This document shows positions 25,911 through 39,719 of a stretch of 64,000 nucleotides of DNA, in pieces. Position numbers and translations under genes: made by a program. The notes beneath the pieces were generated by a model. It saw only the letters and a program-made list of their open reading frames with translations. It was not told the origin of the DNA and did not search any database. How positions within the stretch are numbered: the first letter of the stretch is position 1; each line of letters opens with the position of its first letter. The stretch is from Octopus sinensis (taxonomy: Eukaryota). The stretch lies in assembly GCF_006345805.1 (NCBI RefSeq), contig NC_042998.1, positions 72,726,001-72,790,000 of the forward strand. The letters run 5' to 3'.

Positions 25911-27437
25911 CTGAGAAGAAATAGATGCTTCTTGTACATAATCGAGTTTATATAATTATTTCCTTCTGAGGAACTTTTCCACAGAACGAAAATATTTAAT
26001 CAATGATATTTCCATTTTAAGTATTGATTAGTATTTTATTGAAACTACAAAGAAATATACACTTTTCTATTGGAAATGTTATATATTAAATATTTATATT
26101 GTGGAACAAAATATCTGCTACTATTATCAGAATATTGATACTACATAACCTATCGTTCTAATATTAGTTGTAGTGCTGAGTATGTGTATGCGTGTATATT
26201 GGTGTTAACGTCTGCGTGAGTGTTTGTGCGGAGACATAAGTATTGACGTTTTATATTGTATCCTGTGTTTATGTGTATACGTTTTATATGTGTATAAGTA
26301 CATAGAAGAGAGTGAGCTCATATATCAATTTTGCAGCAATGAATTACAGGAAATTTTGATTAAGAAAGCTAGAAAATGTTTCTGTTTTGTACTTACTGTA
26401 ATTAATTGTTTATTGCGGAATTATGTGAATACTAAGAAGACCTTACTTGCATATTGCAATATTTAATTTGATTATTATTAGTTCAGATAATTCAGTGAAA
26501 ATAAGGGTAAAGCATATCTTGGAGCACCTTCTCCAAAAAAGAGGTGTACAACTGGACTCATAACTCTCAACACATATCGTTCTTTTTTGGTATATAATTT
26601 GCTGAAGCAGTAGAAGCATCATAGAATTTATAAATGTTTCATTAGCAAGTAGTGTTGAGCTAAATGCCAATCCTTGAATTTACTCATTTTATACTTTTAA
26701 TGTTTGTATTCTTACTAAGATGAAACTGCTGAGCGAATCTTATTCCTAGATTCAAACTACCATCAAAAATCAACATATAGCATTCGTTAGATGTCTGAAT
26801 CTGTTAGAAGTTACCGACTAATTTTTTCAATCCTACATATTAGTATTTCAAAGCTTTAAAACGTCAAGAACGCATTAACAAACCCCGAGGTTGTACGTAT
26901 ATAACTTCCTGGATGAAACATCTTTGACCATAGAATTATTTCATCGGAGCTGAAGCGTGGTTCAAGTAATCGTAAAATATTCTCTAATTTAATATCAGTA
27001 ATTCATAGATTCCATTAGATAACTTGTTTCTGCTTTAGACAGAAGACGAAAAACCTGCAATATGTAATGTTAGTAGGGTCTCTGACAATGTAAGAGAAAC
27101 ATATTGAGTCTGTTGCATCATTGAATACAGTTGTGAGTAGTAGGTCTCAAGATTGGATATCTCAATCAAAACCCTTGCAACAAAAAGATACAAAAGGACT
27201 CAATCATAGCAACCAAAAATATCAAAGAAATATAAGCATAATGAATCTCATATCTAGATTTTGCAATGTGTATTTTCAATAAAAAGTAATGGGTACCTAA
27301 TTCATGGTGGGATAACATTCGTTCTGTATTAGTTTTCCATAAAATATTTAATATTACTTTTATTTATTAAAAGAGAACACCATTTCATAGGTATTTAATC
27401 TTCTATAAATACATATATACATATTTACATAATACTT

Positions 27438-27587
<150 letters not shown>

Positions 27588-27663
27588 TATATATATATAT
27601 ATATATATACATACATATACATATATGTACATACAAAAATTCAGGGTGAATACTTGATAATTG

Positions 27664-27745
27664 TACGCGGTGAAGAAGGCCATAGACACACATTATGCAT
27701 TGTTATAAATCCGTCTAATAAAGGCCCGAAACATATGTACCGCTG
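27664..27745 (+). ncRNA. Hammerhead remnant with C3 missing (solo PLE-type tail)
   Basis: GCGG-TGAAGA-AGGCC[~40-nt loop]AGGCCC-GAAAC-ATAT-GTA-CCGC. Stem I GCGG/CCGC, palindromic stem III ACATATGT. The tail ends at (TA)n at ~27777. Confidence 0.55.
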
Positions 27746-27773
27746 AATCCTTGACATCATGTTTTTATTTTGA

Positions 27774-27829
<56 letters not shown>

Positions 27830-28159
27830 GGCTCCTAAATAAGGATGTCAAGTGCTGGGGACACAAAAAGAGGATAAATTTATCGAGAGTGAAAATCAAA
27901 AGCATTTACCGATAACTTAACATCTCGGACTGATATCAGTTTCTACCTCTTTCTAGCAAAACACAGAATATGTTTGCTAAGGATGGTTTCATCAGCGAGA
28001 CGCCTAAATTGAATCGAGATACGCAGCGCGTTAGACCATGTGTTGATCCCAACAACTTGCAGATCTTAACTTTTCAAATCTCTGCGCACACGCAAAATAT
28101 ACCCGGTGATACAGGGCATGCCGGGAAAAAAATTTACGAATAAATTTATCAAGTAATAT

Positions 28160-29420
28160 CACTCCATCACTACCATCCTCACAGGTACCCTTTATCTTCC
28201 CTACTGAATCATTTACCTGCACCTCTAGTAATGTCATCTATAGCATGTCTTGCTCTCTCTGCCCTTCCCTGTATATTGGTCAAACGAGATACCTCTTGGT
28301 TGACCGTTTCTCAGAGCACCTCCTGGTCATCAGAAACGACAACGAGACCCCGACCTTACGCCATTTCCGCTCTATCACTCATTCGCTACAACAACTGTCT
28401 TTGTTCGGATTGTCTCTGCACAGAAGCCTCCTGGTCTCCCGCATTTGTCGTGGACAGGATATAATTTTTTTGTCTTCGTTGCTCTTCCACTGAGACCAAA
28501 CTCCCCTCCTGTCTTTATTTGACGCCAACACCAGACGGATTACCACTCACCTCCCACACCCGCAACCTACAAATTTGCATACCACCCAGCTCGGTAGCAT
28601 TACCCACATGCACCCCTGTACACACAATCATAGACACTATTCAACTCATCACTCACTTCACACACACAATTGCACACACATCCACAACACCTTGCCCCTC
28701 CCACAGACTTTTCAGCACCCGCACAACACACCACCGTACACACACACACACTATTTTCAAAAAAGTCACCACACATACCCCTATATTAGAAGTCATACAC
28801 ATTGTTTAACTCAGTACAAACTCCACACACCATCATGCACACTCCCACACCAACACAGTCACATAATACCTGAACACAGACAATATATACACATATGCAC
28901 ACACATAACACCCATAACCACGCGCAACACACATTGACAAAACTTCGCCTTCATGCATACACTGTATACATGCACACTATTGGTTACAGTGACACACACG
29001 CACATACACATGTGTACACACCACGTGAAAAAGCACACATCAACTGCTACACACCACACAACACACACGCGTTACACACACATACACATGCATACACAGA
29101 TCACACTCCGCACATACACACTTACGCACTCAGACACACTATTCTTACATACACACATGCTTGCACTCCTGCTATTCTTTTGACCAGAATGAATTATATC
29201 CTCTTCATTTAAGCTCTACCCCTTTTTTCCAACCAACTCCAAGCTGGACCGCTGGACTTAATACTTTGTTTTTCATTCTCTCTCTAGTTCCTTTTATTCC
29301 TTTCCGTCAAAGTCTGTAGACTCGAAACGTAAAAGTCCTTTCCATTTTTTCAGAGTGTCAAACTAATACAATTGCTTGTTGTTCCAACAACTGTTTTCGT
29401 CTTAGTTTCTCAATATATTT
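28160..29420 (+). mobile_element. 5'-truncated Penelope-like element (GIY-YIG + C/A-rich pLTR region)
   Basis: FTCTSSNVIYSMSCSLCPSLYIGQTRYLLVDRFSEHL...HSLQQLSLFGLSLHR (ORF 28245..28493), a paralog of the ~1080-1260 region. HHR-like remnant at 29298-29340. Confidence 0.85.
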
Positions 29421-29436
29421 GAACAATATATATGTA

Positions 29437-29476
<40 letters not shown>

Positions 29477-29504
29477 TGTGTGTAGATAGATAGATAGATA
29501 GATA

Positions 29505-29843
29505 TGTTTTTTTATTAGCCACACAGGCTGCACACAGATAGAACAATTACAAGGTAGAGCTTTTCTTTGAAGGTTTAAAAAAAAAAAGAAGGGGAGTTTC
29601 GATCAAAAGGGATCGTAAAAGGAGAAAAGGAGGGCAAAAAAAAGGGGGGTTAAAAAAAAAGGGGGAGAGGAAAAAAAAATTGATCAATAGGGATCGTTTT
29701 CACAGAAATGTCAATATGAAGTGTAAAGGGGAGGACAGGTGAGGTTTACCCGTGGAAAGATAAGCCTACGGAAAACACCACGGTAACCTCGGTCAATGGA
29801 GTCACATGATATATTTCTTTTTTTTTTTGCGAATAAACAACTC
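29505..29843 (-). mobile_element. Tx1/L1-like LINE 3' UTR only, embedded in (TATC)n
   Basis: The minus strand matches 49640-49920 (TTTTCCGTARGCTT...TTTCCACGG, AAAGAAAAGCTCTAC, CCTGTGT, AATAAA). (TAGA)n at 29483-29504 and 29844-29917. Confidence 0.75.
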
Positions 29844-29895
<52 letters not shown>

Positions 29896-30009
29896 AAGAT
29901 AGATAGATAGATAGATACAGAAAAAGGACACACAATTTTAACGAGTGTTAGTTGAAACAGGGAATATTAATGCGTGTACATGAAAGTACATATATATATA
30001 TATGTACTT

Positions 30010-30200
30010 TAAATTTTAACTTTTATATTTTAAAATTAATTTTATGTATTAGCTTATGTTTTTCACTGTTTGATTTGCCTAATAGTGGTTTTATCTCTAA
30101 TTTAATATATATAAATATTTATACTATAAAATTGGATTTAATCCTAAATCTAATTTTTCCCTGTAAGTTTGGATTTTTCCCTAATTTTATTATTTTATGA
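30010..30200 (+). mobile_element. Short 3' tail copy of the 36897-37285 family
   Basis: TACTATAAAATTGGATTTAATCCTAAATCTA...CCCTGTAA-TTTGGATTT is shared with 37214-37279. Ends at (TA)n. Confidence 0.65.
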
Positions 30201-30262
<62 letters not shown>

Positions 30263-30333
30263 TAAATAAATAGATAGATACATAGATACATAGATACATA
30301 GATACATATATATATATACATATATATATATAT

Positions 30334-30369
<36 letters not shown>

Positions 30370-31329
30370 CACAAGTATATTCATTGGGAGTAACTAAGAG
30401 CTGCTATATTTCCTTGAACAAATATAGTAGTCTGCATTTCGAAGTTATAGCCATATGTATCACGAAAAGGCAATGCTGTTACATTCCTGTTCATTCTTTC
30501 ACAAATGTCTAAATGAGGGTTACATTTTCGTTAGTTCCCCCAACATTAGACACTCTATTAATATTATAAGTTCTCTGAACTCACATGACATATTCATTTA
30601 TTTGTTTTTGTCTCTGTGATAAATGGAGGATAAATTTGATCTGTAAATAGGAAAATATCTATCAGGTATGAATCATCCATATCCTATAATAATAAATCAA
30701 TTTCTTATATAAATGATATTTATGCGTGCAGCTAATGACGGATAATCTCAAAATGACCATGTAAAATTAACAAGCCAATACTGTCTGTATCATACAGAGT
30801 GAGATATGATTTAACATACACTTCACTCCTTAAAAATATAAAGCAATTAAAAACCAAATTACGTATATAACTTTCATATAAGGGAACATTATATGGCTTA
30901 TTCAATTACAGAAGCAATATATTTAATTCTAGTACTTTAGTAGGAATTAGTCTTTAGCAAAGAGAATCAAAATCAAAATCAGCCTGGGAATCTAAATATA
31001 TGTCTTTGAATAAATTCATATGCGCGTACTCGCGTGTGCTTATGTGTGAGTGAGTGTGTGCACGTGCGCGTCTGCGTGCCTGTGTGTATGTGTGTGTGTG
31101 AGAGAGAGAGAGAGAAAGAGATGCGTGTGGAATGATGTGTGTATGTGTGTGTATCCTTGTATGCAATTACATGAGGAGCAAATATTGATTCCACTCCCAT
31201 AAACCAGTACTTTGCCTAGATAAAACTCATCAACTTGAAAAGACAATTCTTTTGAGATGTGGTAAAATATTATTAATGATTTGCTGTTTTGTTACTATGC
31301 TATATAACAACCATGAGAATCCAGTTTTG

Positions 31330-32400
31330 ACTAAACGTTGCTGACACATCCGGGACAAGGGACAGCCACCGTTGTTCGGCAACTTTGTTTAGGCAACCAC
31401 TGCGCTAACATTAGATCAAAAGTATATTGGCTCTTGTGCTTATTGGACAAAACTAGAGAGGTTGAGGTATCTGTGGCTCTACCTGGATGGTGAACGGGTG
31501 TGGTCTCCGCTGGCGAAACGGATGTTCCCAAGTTCACTAGTTTCGGTGGACGGGAATCATGGTTCTGTCGAAAATCGAAGTTGGTACATGGTTCACGGAT
31601 TGTCGTAAGGCTCTCCTGAGATACCGTCCCTCGGGCAATGCCTGCGGTGGAGGTTCCACCGCATTCTTTTATAAAGGGCTTCTAGAGGCCAAAGATGATG
31701 ATACCTTAGGGGAAACCCTAGGTCTCGATGATAATCAGCTGGTCAGTCTGTTCCAACGTACATTCGAGCCGAAGATTCTGGACAACTTTCAGAAGTCTCT
31801 GACATGGCAGTGTTACCGAGGAGCTTTACCTGTTCGGGACAAGCTCACAAGGCATGGTGGCCGCGGCCCTGCTACCTGTCCAAGATGTGGGCCGGATAGA
31901 AAAACCGTCCTGTACGCTATTGTTCAGTGCCCGGTGGTGTCAGACGTGTGGGTGTATGCTGAACAACTGTTCTCGAGTGCAGGAAGAGTATAGTTATCGT
32001 CTGAGTGTATACTAAAAAGTGACCCGCCCGATTTCCTTTCGAAAGAAGGTAAGAATTGCTTTCTCAATGTAGTAGAAATTGCGAGAGAGATGGTTTGGAA
32101 GACGATGTAGAAAGGGTTAATGTCAGGCACTTTCATCTCTGGCACTGGATTAGTGAACTACTTTACCTTTCACCTTAAAAGGAATATAGAGCTAGAGAGA
32201 AAATGCCTGACAGAGAAAATGTTCGAAAACCGTTGGAAGAATGTAGCACGGATGTTGCGGGAGAATGTGACCGTATGAATGCGACACAGTACGAATCACA
32301 GGTATCAATGGCGGGGAGGGGCTCGTAAGGGTCCGAATTAAATCCGCCTCCCCACCCCATCCGTAATGTTTTCCGCTCAGTCCCATCATTCGATTTTTTG
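31330..32400 (+). mobile_element. Tx1/L1-like LINE ORF2 C-terminal fragment (zf-RVT region)
   Basis: ORF 31559..31993: NFQKSLTWQCYRGALPVRDKLTRHG...TCPRCG...VQCP...W. The reading frame ends at ~32278. Homologous to 46382-46960 and 48627-49920. Confidence 0.85.
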
Positions 32401-32544
32401 ATATTTTTGTTATTTTGTCATAAAATTTTTATATCCATTTTTATGTTATAAACATTCTTCCATCTGACCCCAAATCAGTTTGTAATGTCTATTTCTATGT
32501 TGTTCCCTTGTAGGAAATAAAAAATCAACAGGACAATACAATGG

Positions 32545-33037
32545 ATTTTATACATAATTATTAAGGATTACTACAGAGGTCTTACCAAGGAGAAATATAT
32601 GAATTCCAAAATTCTCATACAAAAGTGTACTTACCAAAATCAAAAGCAGTAATTCTTAATTTTTGATATATATTTGAAACAAACGCCATTTTCCCATATT
32701 ACATCATAATAAAAAAAAAACTACTATTCGTTAAATTATACAAATTTTACATGTGATACTTCTGAGTAGCAGAAGAGTTATCTATGAATGCTTATCAATA
32801 TAGGATTCCATTATTCTATATTATCTAAGTCTATGAACTATATTTGGAATACAAGACAACATACGGATTTTAAACACAACTATTATGGATTATTACAGAA
32901 GAATTTCCAAGGAAGCATATATGGATTTAAAGACTCATATTAAAGTGTACTTACCAAAATCAAAAGCAGTAATGTTAAATTGTATTTTATATTTCAACAA
33001 ACGCCCTTTTCCCATATTACTTCATATTTAAAAAAAT
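32545..33037. repeat. Pair of ~170-bp direct repeats (~32545-32715 and ~32862-33037)
   Basis: Shared AAAGTGTACTTACCAAAATCAAAAGCAGTAAT and ACAAACGCC-TTTTCCCATATTAC. A piece of the first copy recurs at ~42470-42515. Confidence 0.7.
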
Positions 33038-33039
33038 TC

Positions 33040-33074
<35 letters not shown>

Positions 33075-33110
33075 ATATAATATATATATATATAATATAT
33101 ATATATATAT

Positions 33111-33155
<45 letters not shown>

Positions 33156-33294
33156 ATATACATGCTAATGCAAGGCCCACACTATACTCCCCACTCGTAT
33201 CACTATCGAACCAAATGTTTAACTACGGTCTGTCCGCAGCTCTTACTTAGCATTGGCTGCGACTCTTTGGGTCTTCTAGATACGAATACCTCTC

Positions 33295-33326
<32 letters not shown>

Positions 33327-34447
33327 ATATGTATATGTACATGTATATATATATATATACAATCATATGTTTAATTTTTAATTTAATCTAATTTAGGTAA
33401 CGCAACTTAAATAAAATAAGTTACTAATGCTTCATAATTCTATTACAAAATTAAATAAGTGATGCTACTCCCTTAAAAGTAGTATAAGAAATTTCAATAT
33501 AATAAGCAATTCTCTCACACCTTGTAAATGACTTCTAAGTATAGACCTTTAGTCTGTCAATGTATAAACAGTAACAACAACAATATAAACAGTAACAGTA
33601 ATAAATAAATTAATTAAATGACCTCTTTCTAGTATTGCACTTATTTTCTCTTAATGTATTTCCCTCTAATGATAGCCTTTGACCCCTCTATCCCTTCCCT
33701 TGTTCTCTCTTTAGATTCTCATATCTGCTTTAGCTCCGTCAGGTTGGCAATTAATAGCTGTATACTGGTCAAAAATAATATTCTCCTTATAATTCTTAGA
33801 TTCCTGCAAATTCTAAGCCAGTCTGACTGTCTCCAAATTTAAGAGATTTTTTTCTGTGTAGGGGGTTACCTGCGACCCCTTCCCTCTCAGTTGTCACAGT
33901 ATACTCTATGTGGGCGTTTTTTTCTTTTTTCTTTCTTTTCTTGTTTCTTTTCTTTGCTCCACAAAATTCCTTCAGCCTTTAGAAATTCTAACATAGCAGT
34001 TTTGTGAAGAGAACAGTAATGTGACAAGTATCTTATCATATAGCATGAAATTATACCCACCTCATTGTGGATTAACCATGGATAGATTCATCGTCTGTGA
34101 GTATGAAATACCTCATCATATCTCTGGAAATTTGCACCTACACTATGGATTGATTCACCTTCTCTGTGAAGCTAATAAGCTTTTTTAAAACCTGTGATAA
34201 GTCTGTGCATCATCATTAAAGAACTTTGGAAGTCTGTTTACAACCTGAATCTGCTTTTTATGAAATTATCTCCGATATTTCATGAGTGTAGCCTCACCCA
34301 CTAAGATGTTTGGAGAACTCATATGTGTTTTAGCTGATGAGTACGGGACACTTTTATTTGCTGCAATATTTGCAACTTTTAATAAAGCCTGTCTTTGTAT
34401 GAAACAATTGTACTAAAATATAATCCATTCTTGTTGCTTCTTTCTCG

Positions 34448-34480
<33 letters not shown>

Positions 34481-36129
34481 GTACATATACACACACACAC
34501 ACACACACATACACACACACACACACATATATATATAATATATATATATACATACATACTGAGAGACATACATACATACACATGTGTGTGCGTGATTATA
34601 TGCGCCTGTATGATTTTGAGTCTAAATACGTAAACGTAGATGCATATTCGTGTGTACTGTTGTTTTTCCTGTCTGATCGCGTATATGAATGTATGTGTAT
34701 TCATTAATTGATTTTCAACGCTGTCTCATATCTTTCATGCTATAATTATTTCCCGTTTTCCATTTGATAATCTTCGTATAAAGTATAATAATCCCTCCTG
34801 GCTTTTTAATTATCCAAATATCCATCATACACCCACACATTCAGAGACACACATTCATTCATGTGCATACACACACATATAATGTTACATTATAATACTT
34901 TATAATATAAACATACATGTGACATTATATATACATGTATGGGTTGGGGGGAATGTGTGCATGTGTATACTTATATCTATATGTATCTATCTATCTATAT
35001 ATGTATATATATATATATATATACATATGTATATATATACTTGCATGTGTATGCACGGGTGTTTGTGCAGGTGTGTGCATGTGCGTGAGTGTGCGTAATG
35101 CAATTCTCTTAGATATTAATAATATACTTAATTTATACTTACATTGCAGCATTCACTAATCCGATAGCCTGTTAGCATTTCATAAATATGCTGCTACAAT
35201 ATTTCTTTTTGTAAAAAGAAAAATTAGCTTTAACCAAAGATATCTGCAAATGTACGTATTGTGAATCAAAAAGTTATTTCTGTATGTATGTGTGTGTGTG
35301 AGTCTGTGTGTGTTTTTGTGTGTTTCTGTGTGTGTGTATTCATACTTACGCAGACATTTACATATAATAAGTATAAATATATATATATATATATGAATTG
35401 TCGAATGAATTTTGAGATTTTTTTTATTATTTTTTTTTTTACGTTTGCCATGATTAATAAGTGAGGCATTAATAACGGAATAAAAACATAATAAACGACC
35501 GCTTAAAATATAGTGTCACGCGGCACTGTGAAATTAGAGGCTCCGTTGGAAATAATCATCAAATAAGAAAACTGAGTTATAAATCAGTTTCCAATGTACA
35601 TCCTATTAATCACAATGGGTATACGTTTAAACACAGTGTGTTTAATATATAATTATATGGATACAATTTATTATTGAACGTAACCGTATACTCTTCCTAA
35701 AAATTATGAATTTGGGTCGTTTTCCACTTCAATTGGTTTCAATTAGGAAGCTAAGAGGAAGGAACTAATGTTAATTAATAGTGAAAATTTACATAAATAT
35801 CTTATTGATATACTGCATCGAGTATGGCCTAAATTTATCCACAGATTATAAATTTTATAATTTATCAGTTGAAATGAAGCGAATGATACCGGAAGTTATA
35901 CATTAATGTTCAATGAGAATATGTTCATACAATATCTTAATAGATTTTAGATTATATCTATAAGCCATATCGTTAATTATTTGAAGAATATTGTTGACTG
36001 AACATAAGAATAATTTGTTTGTAAGATTTCACAAATAATTTAATTTGGCGACCTATTTCTTACATTAAGTGGCTCTGAATATTAAACGCATGTTATCAAA
36101 TATCTTTTATAAAGCAAATTGTTATTGTC

Positions 36130-36420
36130 CAGTTACATTTCAAGATGTATCCTCAATAGAGAAAGAGCCGGTTTCTAACCCCAAAAGAGAAAGAGCCAGT
36201 TGGCCGGATCCTTTATTGGGATTACTCCAATTCGACAGAATATGTTTGCCTGCTTGTGCGTTTGTGTGCAGTATATGGAATCAATGCATGTGCAGATAGG
36301 CACGTTCTATTTTATTTTATGTATCTATTTTCATTCATATAGTTGCATGTCTAGACATTCTCATATATATTTAAATTCTACCTTCTGGAAAATTTTACAA
36401 ATTATCACAGTTCCATTGAC
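36130..36420 (-). mobile_element. 3' UTR fragment of the R4-like family seen at 4681-5533
   Basis: TTTCAAGAT...AATAGAGAAAGAGCCGGTTTCTAACC and CTAGACATTCTCATATATATTTAAAT...TTCTGGAAAATTTTACA match 4820-5045. Confidence 0.65.
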
Positions 36421-36424
36421 GATT

Positions 36425-36577
36425 TTTAATTAAATTAGGACACATTAGTGTAATTTTACCTAAATCTCCAAGAGAAGAAGGAGCTAGACAAGGAAGGTTT
36501 TTTACCAACAACATCATAGTTGTAACAAGTTGGAAATTTTAGGTAAAATTAAACTAATGTGTCCTAATTTAATTAAA
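36425..36577. repeat. Small inverted repeat (~41-bp arms, ~70-bp spacer)
   Basis: TTTAATTAAATTAGGACACATTAGTGTAATTTTACCTAAAT versus ATTTTAGGTAAAATTAAACTAATGTGTCCTAATTTAATTAAA. Confidence 0.75.
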
Positions 36578-36818
36578 TTCTATGCCTTTTTGCAGCTGAA
36601 GATTGCTCTATATTTTTAATTGATGCAATTAAATGATTGCATTGTTCAATTAAATGGAGTCCAATGAAACGATCGTACTGCATTACCTCTGGATATCCTT
36701 GTTGCTTATTTTAATCACCTCAGTTTGAAATTGCATGGATAATACCGTACTGAATTCTGGTGCCTCAACTTAAATACCATATTCATCTCAATCTAAAGTT
36801 TTACTGAACTCATCTACC

Positions 36819-36891
<73 letters not shown>

Positions 36892-36896
36892 ATATA

Positions 36897-37282
36897 AAAT
36901 ATTATTAGAGACAAAACCACTATTTGCAAAACAAACAAGGAAGACTTAATCAATACATAAAATTTTAATAATAGTCAAAAAAACCGCCACTACAATCGTT
37001 TCTTGTCTTGATCGACAATCCCAATAAGTTGTTTCAAATTATGAAATTTGAAACTGACTTATTGGAAGTCCACCTGAAGATTGTCGATCAAGACAAGAAA
37101 CGATTGTAGTGCGGTTTTTTTGACTATTTATTAAAATTTTATGTATTGATTAAGTCTTTCCTTGTTTGTTTTGCAAAATAGTGTTTTGTCTCTAATAATA
37201 TTTTATAATATTTTACTATAAAATTGGATTTAATCCTAAATCTATTTTTTTCCCTGTAAATTTGGATTTATTCCCTAATATT

Positions 37283-37285
<3 letters not shown>
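36897..37285 (+). mobile_element. ORF-less PLE-type fold-back (~124-bp arms) between two (TA)n tracts
   Basis: 36897-37020 is inverted to 37079-37204. The spacer holds its own hairpin (37021-37065). The tail continues to ~37285 and then (TA)n. Confidence 0.75.
37069..37113 (+). ncRNA. Type I minimal hammerhead ribozyme
   Basis: CCAC-CTGAAGA-TTGTC gatcaa GACAA-GAAAC-GATT-GTA-GTG. The left-arm copy reads GTA-GTGG, a perfect stem I partner, but its core is truncated. Confidence 0.75.
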
Positions 37286-37368
<83 letters not shown>

Positions 37369-37774
37369 CGCATGTGTGTGGTGTGTGTGTAAGTGTCTGT
37401 GTGTGTGTGCATATAATTATTTCAAAGGAGATCGGCAAAATGACCTTTCTCCAGCATGCTTGAAGTGCTGATACCTTCAAAAACTAGTAAATAATCTACC
37501 TAAAATACACACTTACTGAAATGGGCTTGTGAGAGAAAATTGAAAGAGATCTCACGTTCAATTTCTGGATTAAAGCAAAAGATAATTTTTCTTCGTCAAC
37601 ACAATACACGGATAGGAGGAATTTACGTCAAAATAACTGTACATACCATCCAAAACAATTTCGACGTCTACATACACATTTTTCACGTATAGATCCAAGG
37701 AATGTCATTAACGTGATTTTTAACCTTATATACTTTTACATAGACACACACACGTATATATATAAAATATTATG

Positions 37775-37828
<54 letters not shown>

Positions 37829-38074
37829 ATATAAAATATATATATATATATATATATTATATATAGATATATATATATATATATATATAATATATATATA
37901 TATAAGAGAGCACAACCACTATGTGGTCGACTCTAGCACTAAAAATAGATTTACTCTCTATATTTATGTATAAAATTTATTGTATTCCTGGTTCTTATGC
38001 ACTAAGCCACTTGGTGTTAAATGGATGTACTATTAAATTAGTATCCAATTTTCTCACCCTTATTAGTTGATTGT

Positions 38075-38119
<45 letters not shown>

Positions 38120-39627
38120 GTATGTGTGTGTGTGTGTGTGTTTGTATGTGTTTCATACAGATACAGGAATTAGTTGTATAAATGTGTTCCAATATATGCA
38201 GAGCACAACTGTACAAAGGTAGTAACGATCGATGTTTGTAATTTGTAAATAGCGAAATATTTCGAAATAATCAAATCTAAATAAAATCTTATCAACCAAT
38301 GAGACGATGCACTAAAATTGCCCACAAGTGCATCATATGTCCTTCCTATATAATACTAAAAATTAACACCGCTTCATCTAAAAGCACGATTAAAACTATT
38401 ATTACTAGAAATCTTATAGGTAGATGGTCATGATTACTATGGTGTCTATGTTCATTATTTCTCATTTTTTACATTATTTCTACGTATTTTATCTCAGTTA
38501 ATTTTATCGTATGCCGACTGAGCAAATTTGATTAGCATTTTTGAATTACATCATGAGGAGAATAATGATATGCATAACTTGTGATAGTAGGATATATTTT
38601 ATTTTTAATGTAACAATTTATTAGCTATAATATCTTCATACAAATCTGTTATGTGATGTCCATAAATGTATCGTTAAGCCTACTTATATCTCTCCTGTTA
38701 TTTAAAAAAACTACCAAGTAATGTATTGTTATTTAAAACTACTAGCGCTATAATAATAGTTCTAAATGTGGCGTATTTTGTTCTATATTTCCCGTACTAT
38801 ATTTCAACTTATTCATGTGATGTTATTTTATGTTATTTGTTTAATTTTCATTTACTTGTTCATTTAATCCGTTATCTTGCCTCATCTTTAGCTCATTGTT
38901 TCCATTCACAACTGGCGTGATCAAAAATATAATAAAAATGTCTTATCTAGTACAACTATTAATGAAGTAGTTTAACAAATCTGAATTAGTGCATGTTATT
39001 TTTTTGTGTGGATATCGTCTCTGTCACCATATATGTACGAATAGAGATCCTTGTATTACTGCAAGTGTAAAATACTATAAATCTGTTTTGGTCAATTAAA
39101 TTAATGATTGATGGTCTACTATTAATATTAGTACATCGGCATTAGTATTTTGTGCTCTAATGTATGAGTGTGTGAGCGCGCGCGCGTGAACAAGATGTTT
39201 ATAAACATGCATGAACGTGATTCTTAATATTTATATATAAATACATGTATGTGCATGTTAATGTGCTTGTGGTTGATAATTTAATGTGTTTATATTTGTA
39301 TGTTGATAGCATGTGAACTTCCTTGCCGCCGTCGTCATGTTTCAAAATCAACACTGCGTAAAATTCCAACTGAAGCTATCCTATCAGATTTCTAAAATTT
39401 ATTTTGTTTTATTTTCTATTTTTCTATATTTCCAATTACATTTATTTATTTGTTTGTCTTATTTATTTATCCTACTTTTACTCTCACCATATAAATTTAT
39501 TCATTTAAATTAATATGGGGGATTGTCAACTTTTGTTTTTTTTATATCATAGACATATTACATTAAGTACATCTTCTTCGGAAGCCAACTTCTTTGAGAA
39601 GCCTAGTTTTCAATTTTAACTTTTATC

Positions 39628-39718
39628 CTTTATTTGTTTCAGTCATTAGACTGCGGCCACACTGGAGCTCCAGTTTGAAGGAATTTTAGTCGAAAAAAAT
39701 CAACCCCAGTATTTGTTT
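39628..39718 (-). mobile_element. SINE 3' end fragment
   Basis: TTTGTTTCAGTCATTAGACTGCGGCC...TTTAGTCGAA...ATCAACCCCAG matches 62545-62615. Confidence 0.7.
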
Positions 39719-39719
39719 C

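Noticed and set aside
33600-34350. Less AT-rich block suggestive of decayed LINE or LTR coding sequence
   Set aside because: No frame gave a recognisable motif by eye.
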